Shown in pieces: positions 29,665-37,773 of a stretch of 52,858 nucleotides of DNA. Within the stretch, counting starts at the first letter, position 1; each line of letters begins with the position of its first letter. Source of the stretch: an uncultured Planctomycetia bacterium. Its GTDB lineage: Bacteria; Omnitrophota; Gorgyraeia; Duberdicusellales; 4484-171. The notes under the pieces are model-generated. The model was not told where the DNA came from and searched no databases. It saw nothing but the letters and a program-made list of their open reading frames with translations. The position numbers and the translations under genes are program-made. The stretch lies in assembly GCA_964455085.1 (NCBI GenBank), contig CAYVYJ010000009.1, forward strand, positions 1-52,858, in the 5' to 3' direction.

Positions 29665-30396
29665 TTATTTGAATTCTTGCGCAGCCTGTCTTAAAGAGTC
29701 AAAGTGTCCGATATCAATCCACTTCCCCTCTAATCTATAACCAAAAACTTTTGACTCTTTGGCTAACCAGGCTATATACCTTCCTGAAGCATCAACATTA
29801 GCGTTCTGGGCAATAAATGAATCAAATAAGTGTAAAGACTGTTTGGGAAAAAAGTAAACACAAGATGCAGCCAGGGTTGAAAGGGGCCGTTTGGCTTTCT
29901 CCTGAAACTTAACTATTCTCCGTCCCCGATTCAATACCACCACACCAAAACGCTTGGCTACTTCTTTACTTTCAACATCATAGAGAGCAATTGAAGGTTG
30001 AGGTGACTTACTCTTAGCAAACTTGATAAACTTTGTTAAATTATCTTGGAATAAATTATCGCCACCCAAAACTAACCAATCGGCTTCTGTGTCTCCGATA
30101 GCGAACTTCATATCCTTTATCGCCCCCAATCTATTGTCGGGGCTGTTTGAGCCGTCGTTAAGGATTTTTGCTCTTATCTTATACTTCTTCTTCCAGACCA
30201 AAAAACTCTTATAAAACTTATCATTAACAACAACCCTGACCTCCTCTACAGGAAAACTCCTGCCAATAACCTTTATCTTATCAACCAAATAATTAATCAT
30301 TGGCTTATCGTTTACCAGGACTAAAGGTTTGGCTATTTTTTTAGTCAAGGGATAGAGCCTTGTACCATAACCGGCGGCAAGAATTGCTATGCGCAT
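29665..30396 (-). CDS. Sugar-phosphate nucleotidyltransferase family protein
   Basis: ILAAGYGTRLYPLT..KPL, GGDNLF, FQEK, WIDIG. Confidence 0.88.
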   Translation of the reverse strand: MRIAILAAGYGTRLYPLTKKIAKPLVLVNDKPMINYLVDKIKVIGRSFPVEEVRVVVNDKFYKSFLVWKKKYKIRAKILNDGSNSPDNRLGAIKDMKFAIGDTEADWLVLGGDNLFQDNLTKFIKFAKSKSPQPSIALYDVESKEVAKRFGVVVLNRGRRIVKFQEKAKRPLSTLAASCVYFFPKQSLHLFDSFIAQNANVDASGRYIAWLAKESKVFGYRLEGKWIDIGHFDSLRQAAQEFK

Positions 30397-30398
30397 AT

Positions 30399-32162
30399 TT
30401 AAACCATCAAAATACGATAAAAATTATCTCCCAGGATCTTCTTCAACTCATTCTGGAGGTATTTTTCTACCTCTTTAGAAGTTGGAAACTTCAAAGCCTC
30501 AAAGAGTGCTGCCTTGGCATCTTTAAGGTTAATATTGCTTACTAGCTCTTTTATCTTAGGAACCTGAGGTAGAGACATACTAAACCGATCCAGCCCCATT
30601 CCTAAAAGTAAAAATGAAAAAATAGGCTCTCCGGACATCTCACCGCACATTCCCACCCAGATATCATTCTGATGGGCGACTTCAATAATATTCTTGATAA
30701 GCCTTAAAACTGCCGGATGTCCAGGTTCGTAAAGATAGGCTACCTTCTCATTAGTCCGGTCTACAGCTAAAGAATATTGAATCAAATCATTGGTTCCGAT
30801 ACTAAAAAAATCACACTCTTTTGCTAAAACATCGGCAGTTAAAGCTGCTGAAGGAACTTCAATCATCGCCCCTAAAGAAATATTGTTATCAAACTTTTTG
30901 CCTTCTTTCCTGAGTTCCTTCTTGCACTTCTCAAGAAGTGCCTTAGCCTGTTTTAACTCCACTATCCCCGAAATCATCGGGAACATTACCATTACATTGC
31001 CAACTGCTGAGGCTCTTAAGATTGCTCTCAGCTGCATTTTAAATACTTCAGGTCGTGCTAAACAAAACCTAATTGCCCGCCAGCCCAAAAAAGGGCTCAT
31101 CTCCTGGGGAACTTCTGGTTGCGAAAGAAACTTATCGCCACCGATATCAATGGTTCTAAAGATAACTGAATGAGGGGCAACGTCTTTTGCGACCTTAAGA
31201 TAAGCTTTATGCTGCTCTTCCTCTGAAGGCAAATCTCTTCTTCCCAAGAAGATATATTCAGTACGATAAAGACCGATTCCCTCTGCGCCGTATTTCTTAA
31301 CTAAAGGGAGCTCTTCGGGAAGTTCAATATTGCCAGAAACTACTATCCCTTTTCCATCTTTGGTGCAGACCTTAACAGCTTTAGGGATATGAATCGCCTT
31401 TACTTCTTTAGTATATAGAGTTAACTTCCTTCGATACTCTTTTAAAGTTTTATCCGTAGGACGAACTATAATATGGCCGGTAGAACCGTCAACGATAATT
31501 TTATCTCCGGTTTTTATGTTCTCTGTAGCCACCTCTAAACCGACAACTGCCGGGATTCGTAAACTCCGGGCAATGATTGCCGTATGGGAAGTTCTGCCGC
31601 CGACATCAGTAACAAACCCTAAAACATTCTCCTTAGGTAAAGCAGCGGTCTGCGAAGGTCCTAAATCATGAGCCACTACGATTACTTTTTCCTTCAAATC
31701 GCTTAAAGATAGTGTTTTTGCTTTAAGCATTGTCCGCAGAACCCTTCGAGAAATATCTTCTATATCTATCACTCTCTCCCGTAAATACTCATCATCTAAT
31801 TTTAGCAAGGTATTAACATACTTTTTTATGCTTTCAGAGAAAGCATACTCAACATTTACTTTCTTTGCCTTGATTTGTTTGATAACATCTTCAATCAAAA
31901 CTCTATCTTCTAAAACTAAGTAATGAGCTTCAAATATCCGGCCGTGGTCAAAGCCAATCTCCCTGGATATCTTTTTCTGCAAAGCAGAAATCTCACGGCG
32001 TGTTCCCATTAAAGCTTCTTCCAGACGAAAAATCTCCCGGGAAATCTCATCATGAGCAATCTTTCTCATAGGAACAGAAAACTCATCCTTTCTTAATATC
32101 AAAGCCTTGCCTATACCTACTCCTCCGGAAACACCAATGCCTTTTATCTTAATCATCGTCAC
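30399..32162 (-). CDS. ptsI: PTS enzyme I
   Basis: GGRTSHTAI (phospho-His), GIGLYRTE, FLGWRAIR, FSIGTNDLIQY, MCGEM. Confidence 0.97.
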   Translation of the reverse strand: MTMIKIKGIGVSGGVGIGKALILRKDEFSVPMRKIAHDEISREIFRLEEALMGTRREISALQKKISREIGFDHGRIFEAHYLVLEDRVLIEDVIKQIKAKKVNVEYAFSESIKKYVNTLLKLDDEYLRERVIDIEDISRRVLRTMLKAKTLSLSDLKEKVIVVAHDLGPSQTAALPKENVLGFVTDVGGRTSHTAIIARSLRIPAVVGLEVATENIKTGDKIIVDGSTGHIIVRPTDKTLKEYRRKLTLYTKEVKAIHIPKAVKVCTKDGKGIVVSGNIELPEELPLVKKYGAEGIGLYRTEYIFLGRRDLPSEEEQHKAYLKVAKDVAPHSVIFRTIDIGGDKFLSQPEVPQEMSPFLGWRAIRFCLARPEVFKMQLRAILRASAVGNVMVMFPMISGIVELKQAKALLEKCKKELRKEGKKFDNNISLGAMIEVPSAALTADVLAKECDFFSIGTNDLIQYSLAVDRTNEKVAYLYEPGHPAVLRLIKNIIEVAHQNDIWVGMCGEMSGEPIFSFLLLGMGLDRFSMSLPQVPKIKELVSNINLKDAKAALFEALKFPTSKEVEKYLQNELKKILGDNFYRILMV

Positions 32163-32424
32163 CCTCGTCTTTTATTAAAAAATTTCTTAAATCAGTCATT
32201 GCTTCTTGAGCATCGTGACCTTCAGTAATTACTCTGATCTTTACATCAATATTTATTCCTAAGCTTAATATGGCCATTATCGACTTGCCGTCAACAACCT
32301 CACCATCCTTTTCGACCTTCACCGAAGAATCAAACTTATTAGCCAGTTGCACAAAGATAGTAGCTGGTCTGGCATGCAAACCATGGACCCTCTTTACAAT
32401 AATTTGCTCTTCAATCCTTTCCAT
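32149..32424 (-). CDS. ptsH: HPr phosphocarrier protein
   Basis: GLHARPA (His15) and DGKSIMA (Ser46). Confidence 0.96.
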   Translation of the reverse strand: MERIEEQIIVKRVHGLHARPATIFVQLANKFDSSVKVEKDGEVVDGKSIMAILSLGINIDVKIRVITEGHDAQEAMTDLRNFLIKDEGDDD

Positions 32425-33662
32425 CTCTTCTTGGTATAGGTGTAGATATTCATAATCTGCCTTGCTGTATTCTGCGAATCATGGTGTAAGTAATTGCTTC
32501 TACTCACCACATTTCCTTCGAAAATCGATACTCCTGCTTTTTTAAACCGTTCCTGATCAAAAATCACCGGGAAAGATTTTTCCTGGGCATACTTAATAAG
32601 TAAACCATGTTTAAGACGACCGGAATTTACTAAACAACAATTAACGATGTTTTTCCGAGTGTGAGAAATTATACCGTCAAGGTGATCAAACGCCGTAAGG
32701 CCATCAGTTTCCCCGTGCTGCGTCATCACATTACAAAGATATAGTTTCATGACATCGCGCTTGATAATCTCTTCTCTAACTTGTTCGATTAAAAGATTAG
32801 GAATAATACTGGTAAATAAGCTTCCCGGTCCCAGGATTATCATCTCCGCCTTTCTTATTGCCTCAATCGCCTCGGGGTTAGGTTTAGCATTTTGAGGAAC
32901 TAAACATATTCTCTTTATTGACTTCACCCCATGAGGAATCTTATCTTCGCCTTCTTCTACTGTCCCATCACTATATTCGGCTTTAAGACGTATCTTATCC
33001 AAACTTGAAGGTAAGACCCTGCCCCGAATAGCTAAAACAATACTTGATTCCTTTATAGCATCTTTAAAACTCCCGGTTACCTGGGTCATGGCGGTAATGA
33101 AAATATTCCCAAAACTATGCCCTTTAATCCCATTACCCTCTTTGAAACGATATTGGAATAAATCCCGCATTAACTGGGGAGCCTCTGCTAAAGAAACCAG
33201 ACAATTCCTTATGTCCCCCGGTGGTAAAATCCCGAATTCTTCTCTTAGGCGTCCGGAAGAACCGCCTTCATCAGCAACAGTCACTATAGCAGTTATGTTT
33301 GCGGTATGTTCTTTTAAACCTTCTAAGACGGTTGAGAGACCCGTCCCACCTCCAATCGCAACAATCTTTGGCCCTTTTGATAAAAATCTTTTTTCATAAA
33401 TTATATCAATAAGTTCCTTATTTTTTCCAGGATAAATAGCTTCAAAAAAGCTTTTTATAAGCGACCGCATTCCGGCAACAAAACCAATAAAGGAGAACCC
33501 AAATACAAGTGTGTCAAATATCTTTAAAATTAAATGGGTATCGTGGGCAAGTCTTATTGACGAGAAAATCAAAAAGAACAAACTCAAAAATAGCAAGACA
33601 ACCCATCGTTTTATCCTTAGGCCCGGATAAAACCACTTTATGATCTTTATAAATTTCTTCAT
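32394..33662 (-). CDS. yvcK: YvcK/GlmR (CofD-like) family protein with two N-terminal hydrophobic segments
   Basis: IGGGTGLS, VTVADEGGSSGRLR, PPGDIRNCL, GHSFGN, GPGSLFTSIIPNLL, NVMTQHGET. Confidence 0.92.
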   Translation of the reverse strand: MKKFIKIIKWFYPGLRIKRWVVLLFLSLFFLIFSSIRLAHDTHLILKIFDTLVFGFSFIGFVAGMRSLIKSFFEAIYPGKNKELIDIIYEKRFLSKGPKIVAIGGGTGLSTVLEGLKEHTANITAIVTVADEGGSSGRLREEFGILPPGDIRNCLVSLAEAPQLMRDLFQYRFKEGNGIKGHSFGNIFITAMTQVTGSFKDAIKESSIVLAIRGRVLPSSLDKIRLKAEYSDGTVEEGEDKIPHGVKSIKRICLVPQNAKPNPEAIEAIRKAEMIILGPGSLFTSIIPNLLIEQVREEIIKRDVMKLYLCNVMTQHGETDGLTAFDHLDGIISHTRKNIVNCCLVNSGRLKHGLLIKYAQEKSFPVIFDQERFKKAGVSIFEGNVVSRSNYLHHDSQNTARQIMNIYTYTKKRWKGLKSKLL

Positions 33663-33715
33663 ACCTTAGGTATTGTTAATATTCAATTAGAACCAGAATC
33701 ATCTATAAAAAGAAG

Positions 33716-34186
33716 TTATCCTATTGCCTGTTGTTGTTTATCCAACAAAGCAATAACTTCTTCCCCATCCTTAGCATTCTTTAATCTTTGAACCAGATAT
33801 TTATCACGCAATATCCTTGCCAAAAATGCCAACATCTTAAGATGCAAACCTGCTTCCTTTTGGTTGGAAAGCAAGAGGGCTACGACATTAACCGGTTCTT
33901 GATCTAAGGAGTCAAAATCGATTCCTTCTTTAGATAAGCCAATGCAGATTACGATATCCTTAACAGAGTTGGTTCTAGTATGAGGAAAAGCTATGTGGTT
34001 TCCAATAGCAGTCGATCCCATCTCTTCTCTCTGAAAGATAGCTTTGGAAATCTCTTTTTTGTCTTTCGTATCTATCTTTCCTTTATCTGCCAGATGATCG
34101 AGAATAGTCGAAATGGTATTTTTTTTATTTTTTTGTTTTAACTCAACAAAAATGCAATTTTTATCTACATAGTCTAGAATATTCAT
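33716..34186 (-). CDS. PTS EIIA component (fructose/Ntr type); ATG at 34186 preferred over TTG at 34195
   Basis: REEMGSTAIGNHIAFPHTR (phospho-His), GIDFDSLD, HLKMLA. Confidence 0.93.
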   Translation of the reverse strand: MNILDYVDKNCIFVELKQKNKKNTISTILDHLADKGKIDTKDKKEISKAIFQREEMGSTAIGNHIAFPHTRTNSVKDIVICIGLSKEGIDFDSLDQEPVNVVALLLSNQKEAGLHLKMLAFLARILRDKYLVQRLKNAKDGEEVIALLDKQQQAIG

Positions 34187-34224
34187 ATCTATCAAATTTT
34201 ACCGTTTAACAATCTTGTAGCTAT

Positions 34225-34363
34225 TGGAGCGGAGGAAGGGTAACGACTCTTCACGAAGTGAAGTTATCTTAGTCGTTCCCCGCATACCTCTGTCCTAAGT
34301 TACCAGTTAATGCATTGTCAATAAACCTTGAAGCCATCACTATTTTTATAAGCGGAGGAAGGG
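34225..34363 (-). mobile_element. Mini-island remnant bounded by a duplicated tRNA-Gly 3' end (att-like)
   Basis: 13-bp direct repeat AGCGGAGGAAGGG at 34228-34240 and 34351-34363; the distal copy is followed by CCA. Confidence 0.6.
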
Positions 34364-34424
34364 AATCGAACCCTCAACCTTCACGTTGGCAACGTGACGC
34401 TCTAGCCGATTGAGCTACCCCCGC
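34351..34424 (-). tRNA. tRNA-Gly(GCC), CCA not encoded
   Basis: GCGGGGGTAGCTCAATCGGCTAGAGCG TCACG-TTGCCAA-CGTGA AGGTTGAGGGTTCGATTCCCTTCCTCCGCT. Confidence 0.96.
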
Positions 34425-34465
34425 TAAAAAAGTAAATTATTTAGGGTTATTCCTTGTTTTTTAGC

Positions 34466-34564
34466 GGCACTGAGGATACATATCCGAAGTGCCTTGGCCT
34501 CCTTCGCTAACGCTCAGGATTAATTCGACTACAGCTTTTTCGAAGAAAAAGCTAAGTCTCATTG
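34466..34564. repeat. Tandem G.A hairpin cluster (copy 2): one + strand hairpin and a - strand double hairpin
   Basis: + strand GGCACT-GA-GGATA CA TATCC-GA-AGTGCC (34466-34493); - strand CAAT-GA-GACT..AGTC-GA-ATTA ATCCT-GA-GC GTTA GC-GA-AGGA (34564-34500). Confidence 0.85.
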
Positions 34565-34566
34565 AA

Positions 34567-34648
34567 TGCGGACGGGGAGAGTTGAACTCCCACCTCTTAC
34601 GAGACTAGATCCTAAGTCTAGCGCGTCTGCCAGTTCCGCCACGTCCGC
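34567..34648 (-). tRNA. tRNA-Leu(TAG), long variable arm, CCA not encoded
   Basis: GCGGACGTGGCGGAACTGGCAGACGCG CTAGA-CTTAGGA-TCTAG TCTCGTAAGAGGTGGGAGTTCAACTCTCCCCGTCCGCA. Confidence 0.96.
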
Positions 34649-34651
34649 AAA

Positions 34652-34727
34652 TGGTGAGCCGCCCGAGGGTCGAACTCGGGACACCCGCCTTAAAAGGGCG
34701 GTGCTCTACCAACTGAGCTAGCGGCCC
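34652..34727 (-). tRNA. tRNA-Lys(TTT), CCA encoded
   Basis: GGGCCGCTAGCTCAGTTGGTAGAGCA CCGCC-CTTTTAA-GGCGG GTGTCCCGAGTTCGACCCTCGGGCGGCTCACCA. Confidence 0.97.
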
Positions 34728-34762
34728 ATCAGATCTTTGCTCGTATTTATCAAAAAAACACA

Positions 34763-35323
34763 CTAGAACTCTTTAAGTTCTTTCACTTTTTCTTCTAAAA
34801 CTTGATCAATCTCTTTGATATACTTATCAGTTATCCTCTGCACTTCTTCTTCGGCCTTAAAACGGTCATCTTCAGAAATCTTCTTACCTTTATCCAGACT
34901 CTTTATTCTTTCCTTACCGTCTCGCCTTACAGTTCTAATCGATACTTTCCCCTCTTCAACTGTCTTTTTGACGATTTTTATTAATTCCTGTCTTCTCTCT
35001 TCAGACAATGGTGGAACTATTAACCTTATAATCTTCTTGTCACTCACAGGAGTAATTCCTAACTCTGACTGAAGAATCGCCTTCTCAATTTCCTTTACCG
35101 ATGAAGGATCGTAAGGACTAATTACAATCATTCGGGCCTCAGGAACACCAATCGTAGCAAGCTCTTTAAGCAAAGTAGGAGTTCCGTAGTAATTAACTCT
35201 TATGCCTTCTACCATTTTGGGATTGGCTCGGCCAGAACGAAGTTCAGCCAACTCTCTTTTTGTCGCCTCTATGGCTTTCCTCATGCTATCTTCTATTTCT
35301 CTTAAGACTTCCTTTATAATCAT
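34763..35323 (-). CDS. frr: Ribosome recycling factor
   Basis: LRSGRANP, YYGTPT, PPLSEERRQEL, KVSIRTVRRD. Confidence 0.98.
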   Translation of the reverse strand: MIIKEVLREIEDSMRKAIEATKRELAELRSGRANPKMVEGIRVNYYGTPTLLKELATIGVPEARMIVISPYDPSSVKEIEKAILQSELGITPVSDKKIIRLIVPPLSEERRQELIKIVKKTVEEGKVSIRTVRRDGKERIKSLDKGKKISEDDRFKAEEEVQRITDKYIKEIDQVLEEKVKELKEF

Positions 35324-35357
35324 ACTCCTCCATTTAATGAGCAGATAAATTATGTCC

Positions 35358-36071
35358 TCATTTAATAAAAGTTCCTATATCCTGACCACAAACTACCTTC
35401 TTTAAATTACCTGGCTTCATAAAATTAAAGACGGTTATCGGCAATTTATTCTCCATACAGAGGGTAATTGCTGTTGTATCCATTATCTTCAACTCTTTGT
35501 TAATTACTTCCATGTAAGTTAGCTTCTTAAACATTTTGGCATTTTTATCTTCAAAAGGGTCGGCAGAGTATACTCCATTTACTTTGGTTCCCTTAAGCAA
35601 GATATCAACGCTAATCTCTACGCTCCGCAAAGCAGAAGCAGTATCGGTAGTAAAGTAAGGGTTACCGGTTCCGGCAACAAATATAACCACTCTTTTCTTC
35701 TCAAGATGTCTTACGGCTCTACGAAGTATATAAGGTTCAGCTATTCTATGCATCTGGATCGCAGTCATGACTCTGGTAGGTATATCTTGATTTTCTAAAG
35801 CATTTTGGAGAGCAAGCCCATTTAAAACTGTGGCCAACATCCCCATATAATCAGCGACAGTTCTTTGCATCTGGAACTCTTTAGATTTCGGAACGCCTCG
35901 AAATATATTTCCTGCCCCTACCACCAAAGCTATCTCAACACCTAAATTCCGTACTCCTTTAATTTGTTTAGCCAAATGGACACAGACGGAGGTATCGATT
36001 CCGTGTGAATATTTACCCAAAAAAGCTTCGCCGCTTAATTTAAGAAGAATTCGCTTGTATTTAGTCTTCAC
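35358..36071 (-). CDS. pyrH: UMP kinase
   Basis: RILLKLSGEA, ADYMGMLAT, GTGNPYFTTD, MDTTA. Confidence 0.98.
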   Translation of the reverse strand: MKTKYKRILLKLSGEAFLGKYSHGIDTSVCVHLAKQIKGVRNLGVEIALVVGAGNIFRGVPKSKEFQMQRTVADYMGMLATVLNGLALQNALENQDIPTRVMTAIQMHRIAEPYILRRAVRHLEKKRVVIFVAGTGNPYFTTDTASALRSVEISVDILLKGTKVNGVYSADPFEDKNAKMFKKLTYMEVINKELKIMDTTAITLCMENKLPITVFNFMKPGNLKKVVCGQDIGTFIK

Positions 36072-36597
36072 CTGATTGACCCTCCCCTAAGGAAAAACGC
36101 ACGAATCTTTTAATTACAATATTTTCTCCGGTTTGAGATACTGTATTCCGTAGATAGTCACCTACCGAAAGCTTACCATCCTTTATAAAGGGCTGCTCTA
36201 GAAGACAATATTGTTTGAAGTATTCATCTTTATTTTTTACGCCCCTCAAAGTTTCTTTAGAAACATCTTCTTTTGTTATATGTTCAGGTTTAACTGCTGC
36301 AACCTGCATAGCGATATCTTTAACAAATTTCTTAAATACCTCCGTACGAGCGACAAAGTCGGTTTCACAATTTACTTCAACCAAAGCACCAAGGTTACCG
36401 CCAAAATGAACATATGAGTCTATTAGCCCTTGATCAGTGGAACGAGAGCCTTTCTTCTCCAGCATTTGGATTCCCTTTTTCTTCAAAATTTTTAGAGCCT
36501 CCTCAAAATTGCCTTTAGATTCACTTAAAGCTTTTTTACAATCATTAATTCCCAAAGAAGTTAATTCCCTTAGCCTTTTAATATCCGATAAACCCAT
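36061..36597 (-). CDS. tsf: Elongation factor Ts, short form; true start is ATG at 36597
   Basis: IKRLRELT..INDCKKAL, EVNCETDFVA, CLLEQPFIKD, GENIVIKRFVRF; GGAGG SD just upstream of 36597. Confidence 0.96.
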   Translation of the reverse strand: MGLSDIKRLRELTSLGINDCKKALSESKGNFEEALKILKKKGIQMLEKKGSRSTDQGLIDSYVHFGGNLGALVEVNCETDFVARTEVFKKFVKDIAMQVAAVKPEHITKEDVSKETLRGVKNKDEYFKQYCLLEQPFIKDGKLSVGDYLRNTVSQTGENIVIKRFVRFSLGEGQSGED

Positions 36598-36613
36598 TCC
36601 TCTTCCTCCCTTC

Positions 36614-36656
36614 CTGCCCTGCCTGTCGCCTGTCTGTCTGCCGACAGGCAGGGCAG
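36614..36656. repeat. GC-rich palindrome upstream of tsf RBS
   Basis: Perfect 15-bp inverted repeat CTGCCCTGCCTGTCG / CGACAGGCAGGGCAG. Confidence 0.9.
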
Positions 36657-36686
36657 ACAAGCACCAAACAAGCTTTTAGTTTAAAC

Positions 36687-37529
36687 TCACTTAGCGTTTG
36701 TTTTCTTTTGACGTTTTTTAACTAAACTGGTTTTCCCCTCCGGCTTATCACCCTTAACTTTAGGGTCAGAAGGAACAACCTTAGGTGTTTTCTTCTCAAC
36801 TACAGTTTTACTCTCATCAGTCTCGGCTTTCTTGCTGCCTTTAGGTGCTTTAAGACCTTGATTAATAGCTTCGACTAGGCAAGAGGTTATGTATTTTACT
36901 GACTTTATAGAATCATCGTTGCCGGGGATAGGATAATCAATGACGCTGGGATCAGCATCAGTATCGATTAAAGCAATAATCGGTATGCCCAACTTATTTA
37001 CTTCTCTTACACAAGCAATCTCCTTTTTGGGATCAACTACAAAAACACAACCGGGAAGGTCTTTTAAAGAAGTAACTCCGCTGTAGCTTCGCTCCATCCT
37101 TTCGATATCCCGATTTAACTTCACAACTTCCTTTTTTACCATTATGTCAAAACCACCGGTCTCCCTTTGCTTTAGGAGGTCTAAATATTTCTCAACTCTT
37201 CTCCTTACAGTAGAGAAGTTGGTGAGTAATCCACCAACCCATCTTTCAGACACATAAGGCATCCCGCAGGATGAAACTAACTCTTTTATTATGCTCCGTA
37301 ACTGCTTTTTGGTAGCTACAAAGAGTATTTTCTCCCCATCCTTTACTTTTTGTTTTGCAAAATCCTTGGCTTCCTGTAACTTCTGAGCTGTTTTTTCTAA
37401 ATCAATAATATAAACATTCTTCTTTTTGCCAAAAATGAACTTTCCCATTTTAGGATTCCAGTGCTTGCTTAAGTGTCCAAAGTGGACCCCATTTTCTAAT
37501 AATTCCTTAATAATCTCAGGTAACGCCAT
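36687..37529 (-). CDS. rpsB: 30S ribosomal protein S2 with Lys-rich tail; start at 37529 preferred
   Basis: LLENGVHFGH..WNPKM, RWVGGLLTN, DTDADP, PGNDDSIKS; AGGAGG SD upstream. Confidence 0.98.
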   Translation of the reverse strand: MALPEIIKELLENGVHFGHLSKHWNPKMGKFIFGKKKNVYIIDLEKTAQKLQEAKDFAKQKVKDGEKILFVATKKQLRSIIKELVSSCGMPYVSERWVGGLLTNFSTVRRRVEKYLDLLKQRETGGFDIMVKKEVVKLNRDIERMERSYSGVTSLKDLPGCVFVVDPKKEIACVREVNKLGIPIIALIDTDADPSVIDYPIPGNDDSIKSVKYITSCLVEAINQGLKAPKGSKKAETDESKTVVEKKTPKVVPSDPKVKGDKPEGKTSLVKKRQKKTNAK

Positions 37530-37544
37530 AGTTTTCCTCTCCCT

Positions 37545-37566
37545 CCTGTCTGTCAACCGACAGACC
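37545..37566. repeat. Short palindrome upstream of rpsB RBS, related to the tsf palindrome
   Basis: GTCTGTC-AACC-GACAGAC; 17 of 19 nt identical to 36629-36647. Confidence 0.75.
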
Positions 37567-37671
37567 ATTGATTTAGCTAGACAAAATTAGGTTAAAAAGT
37601 AGAAAATAGCTTAGACAGAGAAACTCCTGCCGGATCTCGTGCAATCTGGCTAACTTCTTATCTAATCTCAA

Positions 37672-37699
37672 AGTATATCATATTTCTTAATATTTTCAA
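37672..37699 (-). promoter_or_regulatory. Putative promoter for rpsB-tsf-pyrH-frr
   Basis: TTGAAA-16 nt-TATACT with extended TG. Confidence 0.65.
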
Positions 37700-37773
37700 C
37701 CGCTTCTTTACCTGGCTAGAAGTCCCACCTAACAACTGATCTTTCGACTTTAGCACCTTATTTCTAACTGGGT

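Noticed and set aside
36061-36597. EF-Ts of only 178 aa looks truncated
   Set aside because: Short single-core EF-Ts is a known natural form and the N- and C-terminal motifs are intact; not a pseudogene.
36598-36660. N-terminal extension MSALPVGRQTGDRQGRKGGRG of EF-Ts, and MVCRLTDRRERKT of S2 (37530-37568)
   Set aside because: These are translations of the palindromes and SD tracts; strong SDs precede the downstream ATGs at 36597 and 37529.
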